A DNA stretch of 28,666 nucleotides from Nitrospinota bacterium (GTDB taxonomy: Bacteria; UBA8248). Position numbers and translations under genes: made by a program. Position 1 is the first letter of the stretch, and every line of letters starts with the position of its first letter. The notes beneath the pieces are model-generated. The model saw only the letters and a program-made list of their open reading frames with translations. It did not search any database and had not been told where the DNA came from. Positions 7,021 to 16,348 of this stretch are shown here, in pieces. The DNA lies in the NCBI GenBank assembly GCA_046581755.1, contig JAYGFR010000144.1, positions 1 to 28,666 on the forward strand, in the 5' to 3' direction.

Positions 7021-8424
7021 ATGACAGATTCCAGCTACGATTTTGCTGTCATCGGGGGCGGCCCTGCGGGCTATGTCGCGGGTGTCCGGGCGGCCCAGCG
7101 GGGCGTGAAATCCATCGTTATCGAGCGGGACGCCATGGGCGGCGCGTGCCTCAACTGGGGATGCATCCCCAGCAAGAGCCTTATCCGCGCGGCCGATGTG
7201 TTGAGGACCATCAAAAACGCCTCCGCCTTCGGTATCGAGATCAAAGGTGAGGTCATCGCCAACCTGGCCGAAATGATCGACCGCAAGGACAAGATCGTGG
7301 CCGGTTTGGTCCGGGGAATCGGCGGCCTCTTTAAAGCGCACCGGGTCGATCATCTCGCTGGAGAAGCATCGATCGAGGAGTCCGGCCGGATCCGAATCCG
7401 GCTCAAGGAGGGCGGCGAGGAGGAGATCCGGGCCGAGAAAATACTCATCTCCACCGGATCCCGCCCGGCCCAGATTCCGGTTTTCCCCATTGACGGCAAG
7501 CGGATCATCTCCAGCGATCAGGCGGTACACCTCAAAGAACTCCCAGGCCGTCTCCTCATCATCGGAGCGGGGGCCATCGGGTGTGAATTCGCCTGTTTTT
7601 ACCGCGAAATGGGGGTGGATGTGACTGTGGTCGAATTGCTCGACCGGGCGCTACCGCTGGGCGATGAGGATGTATCCAAGCTGATCGGGCGGGAGTTGAA
7701 AAAACAAAAGATCAAGCTTCTGACCGGGAAGAAAATTCTCAAGGTCGAACAAAGCGGCGACGATATGGTTGCGCATATCGAGGGCAGCGACGATATCGCC
7801 TCGGACCTGGTACTCGTATCCATCGGGAGGACCTTCAATACCGACGGCCTGGGTCTGGACAATATCGGCTTGGAGCTTGGACCCCGGGGCGAGATCTCGG
7901 TGAACGAGAAGATGGAGACCAATGTCCCCGGCGTGTACGCGGCCGGAGATGTGATTGGGGGGCTCATGCTCGCCCATGTGGCTTCGGCCGAGGGGATCGT
8001 CGCCGCCGAAAACGCGTCGGGGGGAGATTCCTCAATGGACTACCTTGGGATTCCGGCGGGTATCTTCACCCATCCCGAGGTGGGCGTCGTCGGCCTTACC
8101 GAAGGGGAGGCCAGGGCAAAGGGCCTCGATGTGCGCGTGGGGCGCTTTCAGATGCGGGGGCTCGGGAAGGCGCACTCGGAGCGGGAGATAGCCGGAGAAG
8201 TGAAGGTCATTGCCGGAGCGGCCGATGATGTTATTTTAGGGGTGCATGTGGTGGGATCCCATGCGGCCGACCTGGTACACGAGGCGGCGGTCGCGATGCG
8301 CAACGGTATTTCGGCCTCCGGCCTCGGCGGGACAATCCATTCTCATCCGACGCTTTCCGAGGCCATCATGGAGGCCGCCCACGATGTGCACGGGACCGCC
8401 ATTCACAATCCCCCGAAAAAATAG
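7021..8424 (+). CDS. lpdA: Dihydrolipoyl dehydrogenase (E3)
   Basis: GGGPAG FAD motif, GGACLNWGCIPSK redox disulfide, GAGAIG NAD motif, HPTLSE; 467 aa. Confidence 0.95.
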   Translation: MTDSSYDFAVIGGGPAGYVAGVRAAQRGVKSIVIERDAMGGACLNWGCIPSKSLIRAADVLRTIKNASAFGIEIKGEVIANLAEMIDRKDKIVAGLVRGIGGLFKAHRVDHLAGEASIEESGRIRIRLKEGGEEEIRAEKILISTGSRPAQIPVFPIDGKRIISSDQAVHLKELPGRLLIIGAGAIGCEFACFYREMGVDVTVVELLDRALPLGDEDVSKLIGRELKKQKIKLLTGKKILKVEQSGDDMVAHIEGSDDIASDLVLVSIGRTFNTDGLGLDNIGLELGPRGEISVNEKMETNVPGVYAAGDVIGGLMLAHVASAEGIVAAENASGGDSSMDYLGIPAGIFTHPEVGVVGLTEGEARAKGLDVRVGRFQMRGLGKAHSEREIAGEVKVIAGAADDVILGVHVVGSHAADLVHEAAVAMRNGISASGLGGTIHSHPTLSEAIMEAAHDVHGTAIHNPPKK

Positions 8425-8448
8425 CGGCCGGCCAGCCAGGAATTTTCG

Positions 8449-9128
8449 ATGATGCCGCCTGTCCTGAAACAGAGACGTATCGATCCGGCCCGGGCCCTCC
8501 TCCTTTGCGGCCTGCTCTCCATTCTCGCTTCCGGCTGCCCCGATCCCTACACGTTCGGCGACCGCCTGTACTCCGTTCCCTGGGGGTCGAAATGCCCGTT
8601 CCGGCGGGAGCTGAAATCATCTACGACCGGTCTTCGGTCTTCTTGTCCTCCCGCCGGCGCGATTGGAGCTTGATTCTTTCGGTAGGGCGCGTTTCCGGCA
8701 GCGGGCGCCGGAGGGAACTAGGCGGAGAGGGCGTGCTTCGGGGTTTATTGGAAAAAGGAAAACGCCTTGCCCGCACCCTCCCCGGAAGGCGGTGGATCGG
8801 GGGCAACCTCGCCACGATAGGGGGTGCGCGGGGCGTACAATTTGATTTCGAGGGGCCGCCCGGAAAGGGGCAAGGGGCGGTTTATTTCAAGCCCGGCGAA
8901 ACCGTATATCACCGGGTGGCTGTCCTAATGTTCCGGCGCCGGGTTTACCGGATGCACTTTCAATCGCTCCGCTCCGCGAGGCGGTTTTCATCGGCCATCT
9001 GGACGAACGTCGCGGGAGGTATCCGGTTTACCGGAGAGAGGGGAATTACTTTCAATTCGGTGAATTTGCCCGAAAGCGATTTGGGGGAAATGGTGGAGGG
9101 TGTCCTGCGGCATGCCAAAAAAGAGTGA
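8449..9128 (+). pseudogene. Lipoprotein (possibly PsbP/DcrB-like fold) split by a single-base frameshift at G5 run 8582-8586
   Basis: Frame of 8449 gives a signal peptide with lipobox LASG-C then ...LYSVPWG. Frame of 8505 gives GVEMPVPAGAEII... to the stop at 9128. One extra G joins them. Confidence 0.65.
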
Positions 9129-9315
9129 CGCGACCTCTAGGGAGATTCCGGTCCAACGGCCTTACGGGACCGGCTGTCCGGGTACGGCCCCGGCCATCTC
9201 TCCTGAATGGCGCTGAATTCGTCTTCGGTACGGGAATTATGGGCAAGGACGGGGAATCCCCGGCAGACAAAGACGATCCCGGGTGCAATGAGCGGATTGA
9301 ATCTGGGTGGAAGGT

Positions 9316-10305
9316 TTAATAGGGGATGTCGATCAGCCTGCCTTCGCCCGCTTTCATATCTTCTTCGAGCAGTTGAAGCATGGCCTTCGATACAGGGCCG
9401 GGCTTTCCGTCTCCGATGACATGGCCGTCCCACTCCACCACGGGCGCCACGTAAATCGAACTTCCGATCAACATCATTTCGGCGGAGTCCATCGCTTCCT
9501 CGACCGGGATATCGCCAATTTTTATGTCCTGAATGATTCCCTGGGTCACCAGGACCGGGGCCAGTTCGAGGAGGCGCAATACGGTGCATCCGGAGAGAAT
9601 TTTGTCGAAGCGGGGATGTTTCAGGACCCCATCCTTGGTGACAAAGGCCATGTTCATGTTCGAGCCTTCCCCGACGTTGCCGTCCGCATCGATGAAAACT
9701 CCGTTATCCAGGCCTTTTTCTTTTGCTTCGAGCTGCATCAGGACGTTCGGAAGATAATTCGTGCTCTTGGTTATCGCGTAAAGGGCGGGTTTGATGGGGT
9801 AGGTGGTGGTCATCACCCGCATCCCGTCCGTGTAAAACCTTTTATCGTAGGCCAGGCCCGGAAAGATCATGACGAAAAATCCGGTTTCCGCGTCGGCGGC
9901 GGGCACCAGGCCCAGATTTCCGGACCCGGAGGACATCCAGTACCGGATGGAGCCTTTTTTCTGGCCCGAGGCCGCAGCCGTTTGAACGATGATCTCGCGC
10001 ATTTCGTCCCGGCTGCAGGGAGGGGTCAGTTTCGATGCCTCGGCCGAGCGGTGGAAGCGGTCGAGATGGGCCTCGAGGTCGTATATTTTTCCGTCCACGA
10101 TGGAGGCCGTATCGAAGATTCCGTGCCCCCGGTGCACCATATGGTCGTCGAAGGGAATCACCATCAGCGAGGGGTCGGTGACCACCCCGCCGAGGTAGCT
10201 TGAATAAAAAGCGGAGAACGGGACGGGCTGCTTTTCTCTCAACCCCCGCAGGCGCGCGATGACATCGTCGGGGCCGAGGGTTTGAATTTTTTCGGGCGAA
10301 GACAT
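9316..10305 (-). CDS. Class IV (fold-type IV PLP) aminotransferase, D-amino-acid transaminase/ADC-lyase-like
   Basis: DDHMVHRGHGIFDT, HLDRF, KSTNYL (PLP lysine), EGSNMN, ILSGCT motifs; 329 aa. Confidence 0.9.
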   Translation of the reverse strand: MSSPEKIQTLGPDDVIARLRGLREKQPVPFSAFYSSYLGGVVTDPSLMVIPFDDHMVHRGHGIFDTASIVDGKIYDLEAHLDRFHRSAEASKLTPPCSRDEMREIIVQTAAASGQKKGSIRYWMSSGSGNLGLVPAADAETGFFVMIFPGLAYDKRFYTDGMRVMTTTYPIKPALYAITKSTNYLPNVLMQLEAKEKGLDNGVFIDADGNVGEGSNMNMAFVTKDGVLKHPRFDKILSGCTVLRLLELAPVLVTQGIIQDIKIGDIPVEEAMDSAEMMLIGSSIYVAPVVEWDGHVIGDGKPGPVSKAMLQLLEEDMKAGEGRLIDIPY

Positions 10306-10396
10306 GAGGGCAAACCTCCATGAAATTTATTTCGCGAATGACTCCGTTTATCATGCACCCAGCGTGAATTTCCGGCAATAGGAGATGCCGGGGGGG

Positions 10397-12484
10397 TTAT
10401 TCCTCCAGCGCCTCGGCCACAAGCTCGGCGATGTCGGCGGCCCGGATCGTTTGATCGGGGTCCAGCGTCTTGAGCGCGTCGTCGAACATCCGCATGCAGA
10501 AGGGGCACGATACGGCCGCGGTCTTGGCGCCGCAGGCTTTTACCTCCTCGATGCGGAGATGGTTGATCCGCTGCTTCGGGTCGTCGTCCATCCACGCATA
10601 TCCCCCGCCCGCCCCGCAGCAAAGGGCGCGGTCCTTGTTCCTGCGAAGCTCCTCGAACCCACCGGGGGCGGAGATTCGATCGAGCACCTCACGGGGGGCA
10701 TCGACGACGCCGTTGTGCCGGGCCAGGTAGCAGGGGTCGTGATAGGTGACCGAACCGAGGGTTCTTTTGAGCTTGAGCCGCCCGTCCTGGATGAGCTCGC
10801 TGATGAGCTGGGTATGGTGGACCACCTCATACTTGCCGCCAAAATCGGGATACTCGTTCTTATAGGTATTGAAGCAGTGCGGGCAGGTGGTAATGATTTT
10901 TTTGACCCCGTAGCCGTCCAGGGTCCCGATGTTTTTCTTCGCGCACATCTGAAAGGTGAACTCTCCGCCCGCGCGCCGCGCCGGATCGCCCGTGCAAACC
11001 TCCTCGGGTCCGAGGAGAGCGAAATCCACGCCGGCGGCCTGGAGGATTTTCACCATGGCGCGGCTGACCTTGATGTTGCGGTCGATCATCGAGCCCGTGC
11101 AACCGACCCAGTAGAGATACTCGGCCGTCTCCCCTTGGCCGAGCACCTTGACCTCCAGATCCTCGTACCACTCCTCGCGGTTGTGCTGGGCGCCGGTCCA
11201 GGGGTGCATCCGCTCGTCCATGTTCTTGAGAAACTGGCGCGCGTCCTCGCTCATCTTCGATTCCATCATCACCAGATAGCGCCGCATATCCACCATCTTG
11301 GGGATGTGCTCGATGAACACCGGGCATTCGCGCTGGCAGGCCCCGCAGGTCCGGCAACCCCATAGGACCTCTTCGGTCACGGCCGGGTGAAGACCCTCGG
11401 CGCCCTCATCGAGGGCTTTCCCGAAAAGGGGAGCGCCCTCCGGCGGCGGTCCGCTTTCCCCGGATTCTCCCCCGCCGGCCGCGCGTGCCTCGATGAGGGC
11501 CGGGCCGGCGCCGCTCAGGTGATCCTTCATGTCGCGGATCAGCTTGCGCGGGCTCAGCGCCACCCCGCTCAGATGGGCCGGGCAGACATCCTCGCAGCGC
11601 CCGCAGTTCATGCACGCGTCCAGGTCAAGCAGGCCCTTCCAGGAATACTGGTCGATTGCCTCCACGCCCAGCGTCTCGATCGAATCGGGGTCGGTATCCA
11701 TCGCCGCCTCGATATCGATGAACGAGAGCTTCCCGCTCGGCTCCAGGTTGCGGAAGAAAATATTCGTTAGCCCAAACAGAATATGGCCGAGTTTTCCGTA
11801 GGCCATGTAGCCGATGAAGACAAACGCCGTTCCCGCGTGGAACCACCAGCTGAACCGGTGGAAGGCCTCGATCCGCCCCGGGCCCAGGTTTTGCAAAACC
11901 AACGCAACGGCGTAGCCCCCCGGCGACCAGGGCGCCAGATCGGGCTGTTGATGGAGTTCCGTCGCGGCGATGCGGAGCCCTTCGATGAGGAATCCCTGGA
12001 GAAAGATCAGGAGAAGCAGCGCCAGTGCGACCCAATCGTCCATGACCGAATGCAGGCGCGCCGGGCGGAGGACGGCCCGCCGCCAGATCGCCATGCAGAT
12101 CCCGATAACGCCCAGGATGCCGAACACATCGCTGATGAGCGAAAAGGCAAGATAAAAATTTCCGCGGAGAAAATGAATCCCCGTCCACTCCTGGACGGCG
12201 ATGAGCGAGGTCGCAATGAGCGAGACGAAAAAGCCATAGAATATAAACAGGTGCGCGATGCCCGGAAGTGGGTCCCGAAGCTGCCGCCGGTGGCCGAACA
12301 CCTCCGCCAGGAGCCCCCACAGCCGCTCGGGCAGGCGGTCGAGACGCGCCTCCTCCTCCCCCAGCCTCCAGAGGCGCACCCGCAGGTAAATCCCGTAGCC
12401 CAGGAACCCCACCGCGATCAACGCGAAGCCGTATATCAACAGCCCGCCCGTGATATTCCAGTAAATCTCCCTCGTCGGCGTCAT
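10397..12484 (-). CDS. FadF/HdrD-like membrane-bound Fe-S oxidoreductase (membrane domain, 2x[4Fe-4S], two CCG domains)
   Basis: N-terminal TM helices; CMNCGRCEDVCP, CRTCGACQRECP, YWVGC, EVCTGD, TTCPHC, YHDPCYL, CCGAGGG, SCPFC; ATG at 12484 after GGAGAG. Confidence 0.9.
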   Translation of the reverse strand: MTPTREIYWNITGGLLIYGFALIAVGFLGYGIYLRVRLWRLGEEEARLDRLPERLWGLLAEVFGHRRQLRDPLPGIAHLFIFYGFFVSLIATSLIAVQEWTGIHFLRGNFYLAFSLISDVFGILGVIGICMAIWRRAVLRPARLHSVMDDWVALALLLLIFLQGFLIEGLRIAATELHQQPDLAPWSPGGYAVALVLQNLGPGRIEAFHRFSWWFHAGTAFVFIGYMAYGKLGHILFGLTNIFFRNLEPSGKLSFIDIEAAMDTDPDSIETLGVEAIDQYSWKGLLDLDACMNCGRCEDVCPAHLSGVALSPRKLIRDMKDHLSGAGPALIEARAAGGGESGESGPPPEGAPLFGKALDEGAEGLHPAVTEEVLWGCRTCGACQRECPVFIEHIPKMVDMRRYLVMMESKMSEDARQFLKNMDERMHPWTGAQHNREEWYEDLEVKVLGQGETAEYLYWVGCTGSMIDRNIKVSRAMVKILQAAGVDFALLGPEEVCTGDPARRAGGEFTFQMCAKKNIGTLDGYGVKKIITTCPHCFNTYKNEYPDFGGKYEVVHHTQLISELIQDGRLKLKRTLGSVTYHDPCYLARHNGVVDAPREVLDRISAPGGFEELRRNKDRALCCGAGGGYAWMDDDPKQRINHLRIEEVKACGAKTAAVSCPFCMRMFDDALKTLDPDQTIRAADIAELVAEALEE

Positions 12485-12794
12485 TTCTCGCTTCTCTCCG
12501 TTGGCCGCGCGGGCGCGGGCCGCCATTTAGATACAGCCGGTTTCATGGCCAAAAAATTTAAACGACCATACCAGAAAACCTCTGATTGCCAAGGCCTCCG
12601 GGCGATGCGCCGAATCCGCGCCAAGGCCCGCAGGAGCCGCCCGCCAAGACGATTTGCTGGAGGGGTGAGGCCAAAGCGAAAGACGGCCGGGCCGGTTTAT
12701 TCTGGGGAGGCCGCCGGGTTTGCCGGAGCGGGTTCGAAGGTTCGCCTGAAATGGTAGAATCGGATGGCGTTGGGAAATGAGGAGGAGGCGAGCG

Positions 12795-13211
12795 ATGAAC
12801 AGGCGGGCGCGGATACTGGTGGCGAAGCCGGGACTGGACGGGCACGATCGGGGTGCGAAGGTGGTGGCGCGCGCTCTCCGGGACGCGGGGATGGAGGTCA
12901 TCTACACGGGTATCCGCCAGACGCCCGAACAGATCGCCGCCACCGTCCTGCAGGAGGATGTGGACGGGGTCGGCCTGTCGATCCTCTCGGGGGCCCATAA
13001 TTTCCTGTTTCCCAAGATCCGCGAACTCCTCGACGCGCAGGGGATGGGGGACGTGCTCCTGTTCGGGGGCGGAATCATCCCCCAGGAGGATATCGCCGCC
13101 CTCAAGAAAAACGGCGTGGCGGAAATTTTCACGCCCGGAACGACGCTGGATGCCATTGTCGATTATGTCCGGAAGGCCGTTGAAGAAAAATGGGCGCGCG
13201 ATCATTCCTGA
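12795..13211 (+). CDS. Cobalamin-binding subunit of an acyl-CoA mutase (methylmalonyl-/isobutyryl-CoA mutase small subunit)
   Basis: [11 protein letters not shown] (DxHxxG), [31 protein letters not shown] before ATG 12795. Confidence 0.92.
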   Translation: MNRRARILVAKPGLDGHDRGAKVVARALRDAGMEVIYTGIRQTPEQIAATVLQEDVDGVGLSILSGAHNFLFPKIRELLDAQGMGDVLLFGGGIIPQEDIAALKKNGVAEIFTPGTTLDAIVDYVRKAVEEKWARDHS

Positions 13212-13212
13212 C

Positions 13213-14064
13213 ATGAGGCCCGCAGTGTCCACCTCTTGCGTCCCCGCGGTTCTCGCCGCGTTGGTTTTCGCAGCGGGGTGCTCTTCAAGGGAAATTCGGC
13301 CCGCTTCGCCGCCGGCAGGCGCGAAAAAATCCTCCCTTTCGTCTTCACCGAAAAAACCGGGGGCGCCCCGAAGCGGGGAGGCCATCCGCCTGTTTAACCG
13401 GGCCCAGGAGGAGATCTCCCGGGGCAGGATGCCTGCCGCCGAAACCCTCCTCGTGGAGGCGGTGCGGCGGGATTCGAAGCTTTTCCCGGCGCATGAGGCG
13501 CTGGGCCGCGTCTACGAGAAGCTGGGGAAAAAGGCGAAGGCGGCCGGAGCCTACCGGCGCGTCCTGGAGCTTCGGCCCAGCAATGCGGAAAGCCACATCG
13601 CGCTCGGGAGGCTGGCTCTTGCGGTGAAAAACGGCGAGAGCGCCATCTTTCACCTGGAGAAGGCCCTCACGCTCAAGCCGGATTCCTTCATGGCGCACTA
13701 CCGGCTGGGGCTGATTCGGCGGAACCGCCGCCAGATGGCGATGGCGGTCTACCACTTCAAGGCAGCCTCTCGCATCTCGCCCGGGCACCGTGCGGGGCGC
13801 TACTGGCTTTGGCTGAGCGTGGCCGAGCGTGGCGGGGCGGATAAATGGGAGGTCGAGCTCGGACGGGAGGTCGTCGAGGCGGGAAACGACGCCCCCGTCC
13901 GTTTCTACCGGGGCCGGGCGGGCCGGTTTTTCCGCAATGGCCGGACGGCCCGGGCGATCCGGACCATCCAGAAGGCGGTGGACGTGAACCCCCTGTGGCG
14001 GGAAAAGCGTTGGCGGGGGGTTCTGGCCGACATGTCGCGCTACCGGAGGGCCCTGAAAAAATAA
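13213..14064 (+). CDS. Tetratricopeptide-repeat lipoprotein
   Basis: ATG 13213 immediately after the upstream stop; lipobox AAG-C; repeated TPR patterns (AHEALGRVY, SHIALGRLA, AHYRLGLI). Confidence 0.8.
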   Translation: MRPAVSTSCVPAVLAALVFAAGCSSREIRPASPPAGAKKSSLSSSPKKPGAPRSGEAIRLFNRAQEEISRGRMPAAETLLVEAVRRDSKLFPAHEALGRVYEKLGKKAKAAGAYRRVLELRPSNAESHIALGRLALAVKNGESAIFHLEKALTLKPDSFMAHYRLGLIRRNRRQMAMAVYHFKAASRISPGHRAGRYWLWLSVAERGGADKWEVELGREVVEAGNDAPVRFYRGRAGRFFRNGRTARAIRTIQKAVDVNPLWREKRWRGVLADMSRYRRALKK

Positions 14065-14181
14065 CCAGGGCAAGCGGTAATCCGCCCCGCGGCAAATTGA
14101 CCCCGCTCGTTGCGCCTCCCTATACTTTGGCCCGGATTGGGCATTGGTTTCCTTGGGATCATTTTGATGAACGGAGTTTTT

Positions 14182-14628
14182 ATGAATCGCAGGTGGTTGT
14201 GGGCGGCTCTCTTGTTGGGCGTGGTGGTGGTATCGGGCTGCTCACCCACTCCGATTGAGCGGGCCGTGAAAAGGGAGCTTCTCCCGAGCGAGGCCAATGT
14301 CGTAGTGAGCGAGCATTGCCGGAGCTGCCATATTCATGCGCAGTTTTTGGCCAATTCGCACTTGGAACAGGTTAAGGCCAAATTTCCGAAGGGCAATCCG
14401 CTCCGCGAGGCGAAGGAATGCCTGGAGTGCCATCGCCTGCGCCTGAAGTCGATATTCCGGAAAGAGCTGCGCAGCACCACCCGGCCGCATGGCCGGCTCC
14501 TGGAGATGGCGACCATCCCCATCCCCAGAGAGGTGGCGGCCAGAATGCCGGTGGTGAAAAAGAAAAAAGAAGAGAAGAAAACGGAAGAAAAGAAAGAAAG
14601 GAAGTGGTATTTCCTCTATCTGTTTTGA
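14182..14628 (+). CDS. Small diheme c-type cytochrome lipoprotein
   Basis: GGAG RBS; MNRRWLW... lipobox VSG-C; two CxxCH motifs (CRSCH 14317-14331, CLECH 14419-14433); Lys/Glu-rich tail. Confidence 0.75.
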   Translation: MNRRWLWAALLLGVVVVSGCSPTPIERAVKRELLPSEANVVVSEHCRSCHIHAQFLANSHLEQVKAKFPKGNPLREAKECLECHRLRLKSIFRKELRSTTRPHGRLLEMATIPIPREVAARMPVVKKKKEEKKTEEKKERKWYFLYLF

Positions 14629-15425
14629 GCCGGGTCCAGCCAATCGCGAAGTCCGTCTCCTAAAATATTCAGCGACATCACGGTCAGGGCGAGTGCGATC
14701 CCCGGATACAGTGTCAGATGGGGGGCGATGAGAAGAAAGTCCCGCCCCTCGGCCAGCATGGCCCCCCAGCTCGGGTCCGGCGGTTGAACGCCGAGCCCCA
14801 GGAACGAAAGCCCCGCCTCGGCGACGATGGCGCCCGCCATTCCGAAGCTCGCCTCCACGATCACGGGCGATATGACGTTTAAAAGAATGTGCTGGACGAC
14901 TACCCGGAGCGGCCGTGCGCCAGCGGCCCGGGCGGCGGCCACGTACTCGCGCTCGCGGAGGGAGAGCACCTGGGCCCGCACCAGCCGCGCATAGCCCACC
15001 CAGCCGAAGGCCGCGAGCGAGAACACGACGTTGGCCACGCGGGGCTCAAGGACGGACATCAGGGCGATGGCCAGAAGGATTCCGGGAAACGCCATGAAAA
15101 CGTCCGTCACCCGCATCAACACTTCGTCCCATATCCCTCCGGCGTAGCCGGCCACCGCCCCGACCATCGTTCCGATCAACACCGATATGAGCACGGCCGT
15201 GAATCCGACCATGAGGGAGATTCTGCCCCCGTGGAGAACGCGGCTGGCAATGTCCCGGCCCAGCTTGTCCTGGCCGAACGGATGAGCCCAGCCAGGGGTG
15301 GCGAGGCCCTCGGCGAGGCGTTGAGAGAAAGGATCCTGGGGAGCGAGGAGGGGGGCCGCGATCGCCAGGAAAATAATGACGCCGAGCACCGCGGCCCCGG
15401 CCCGGATGGAGGCATTGCGCCGCAT
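14616..15425 (-). CDS. dppC: Peptide/nickel ABC transporter permease (DppC/OppC family)
   Basis: HPFGQDKLGRD, EYVAAARAAGA (EAA loop), LSFLGLG, SWGAML, GDGLRDWLDP. Confidence 0.9.
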   Translation of the reverse strand: MRRNASIRAGAAVLGVIIFLAIAAPLLAPQDPFSQRLAEGLATPGWAHPFGQDKLGRDIASRVLHGGRISLMVGFTAVLISVLIGTMVGAVAGYAGGIWDEVLMRVTDVFMAFPGILLAIALMSVLEPRVANVVFSLAAFGWVGYARLVRAQVLSLREREYVAAARAAGARPLRVVVQHILLNVISPVIVEASFGMAGAIVAEAGLSFLGLGVQPPDPSWGAMLAEGRDFLLIAPHLTLYPGIALALTVMSLNILGDGLRDWLDPAQNR

Positions 15426-15426
15426 A

Positions 15427-16347
15427 TCAGCCGAGTCTCACACGCGGGTCAAGCCAGGCGTAGGCGATATCGGCAATCAGGTTTCCGGCCACATAGACGA
15501 ACGAGATGAACAGGACGCATCCCTGGACGAGGGGATAGTCACGGGCGGCGATGGCCTGGATGGTCAGCCGACCCACCCCCGGCCAGGCGAAAACCGTCTC
15601 GGTAATAATGGCCCCCGAGAGCAGCGCTCCGAGTTGAAGGCTCAGGATGGTGATGAGAGGAAGCCCGGCGTTCGAGAGAGCGTGAATCCAGAGGACCCGC
15701 CGCTCGCTCAGCCCTTTTGCCCGCGCGGTGGCGAGGTAGTCCTGGGGCAGGACATCCAGAAGGCTTGAGCGGGTCATCCGCATCAAAATAACAGAAAGGG
15801 CGGTCCCAAGGGTGAGGGAGGGGAGAATCAGGCTCAGCGGGCCCGAGCGGCCTGAAACCGGAAGCCATCCCAGGTCGATGGAAAACAAGATGATGAGAAG
15901 GGGGCCGAGCCAGAAAACCGGAATGCTCGCGCCCAGAACGGCAAGCCCACCGGCGGCGAAATCGACCGCGGAGCCCGCCCGCCGGGCGGCCAGAACGCCG
16001 AGCGGAAGGGCGATGGCCAGCGCGATGGCCAGCGATGTAAAGGTCAGTTCGGCCGAGGCCAAAATGGGCTCGGCCAAAAGCTGGGCGACAGGGCGTTTTT
16101 GGTGGATCGAGGTGCCCAGGTCCCCGCGGAGGAGGCCGGCCAGATAACTTGCGTAGCGGACCCGAAGCGGGCGATCGAGCCCCAGGGCTTTCCGGAGGAC
16201 TTCCCGCTGGGCGGGCCGGGCCGTCTCGCCCAGCATGAGATCGACCGGGTCGCCCGGGAGGATGTTCGTCACGGCGAACACAAGGGTGGCGACCCCCCAC
16301 AGGACGGGCACGAGGAGAAGGAGTCTTCTGAAAAGGTAGCGCCGCAT
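15427..16347 (-). CDS. dppB: Peptide/nickel ABC transporter permease (DppB/OppB family)
   Basis: LPGDP, GDLGTS, DYLATARAKGL, ETVFAWPGVG, RDYPLVQG, LDPR. Confidence 0.9.
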   Translation of the reverse strand: MRRYLFRRLLLLVPVLWGVATLVFAVTNILPGDPVDLMLGETARPAQREVLRKALGLDRPLRVRYASYLAGLLRGDLGTSIHQKRPVAQLLAEPILASAELTFTSLAIALAIALPLGVLAARRAGSAVDFAAGGLAVLGASIPVFWLGPLLIILFSIDLGWLPVSGRSGPLSLILPSLTLGTALSVILMRMTRSSLLDVLPQDYLATARAKGLSERRVLWIHALSNAGLPLITILSLQLGALLSGAIITETVFAWPGVGRLTIQAIAARDYPLVQGCVLFISFVYVAGNLIADIAYAWLDPRVRLG

Positions 16348-16348
16348 T

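Noticed and set aside
5815..7022. Long N-terminal extensions in the ORF track (4855..6204, 5811..7022, also 12853, 22213..23781, 24309, 27308 starts)
   Set aside because: They overlap neighbouring genes or lack family similarity; downstream starts with an RBS or translational coupling match the family N-termini.
9125..9319. 64-aa ORF filling the gap between the lipoprotein and the aminotransferase
   Set aside because: The start overlaps the upstream stop, but there are no motifs or other support; it cannot be called.
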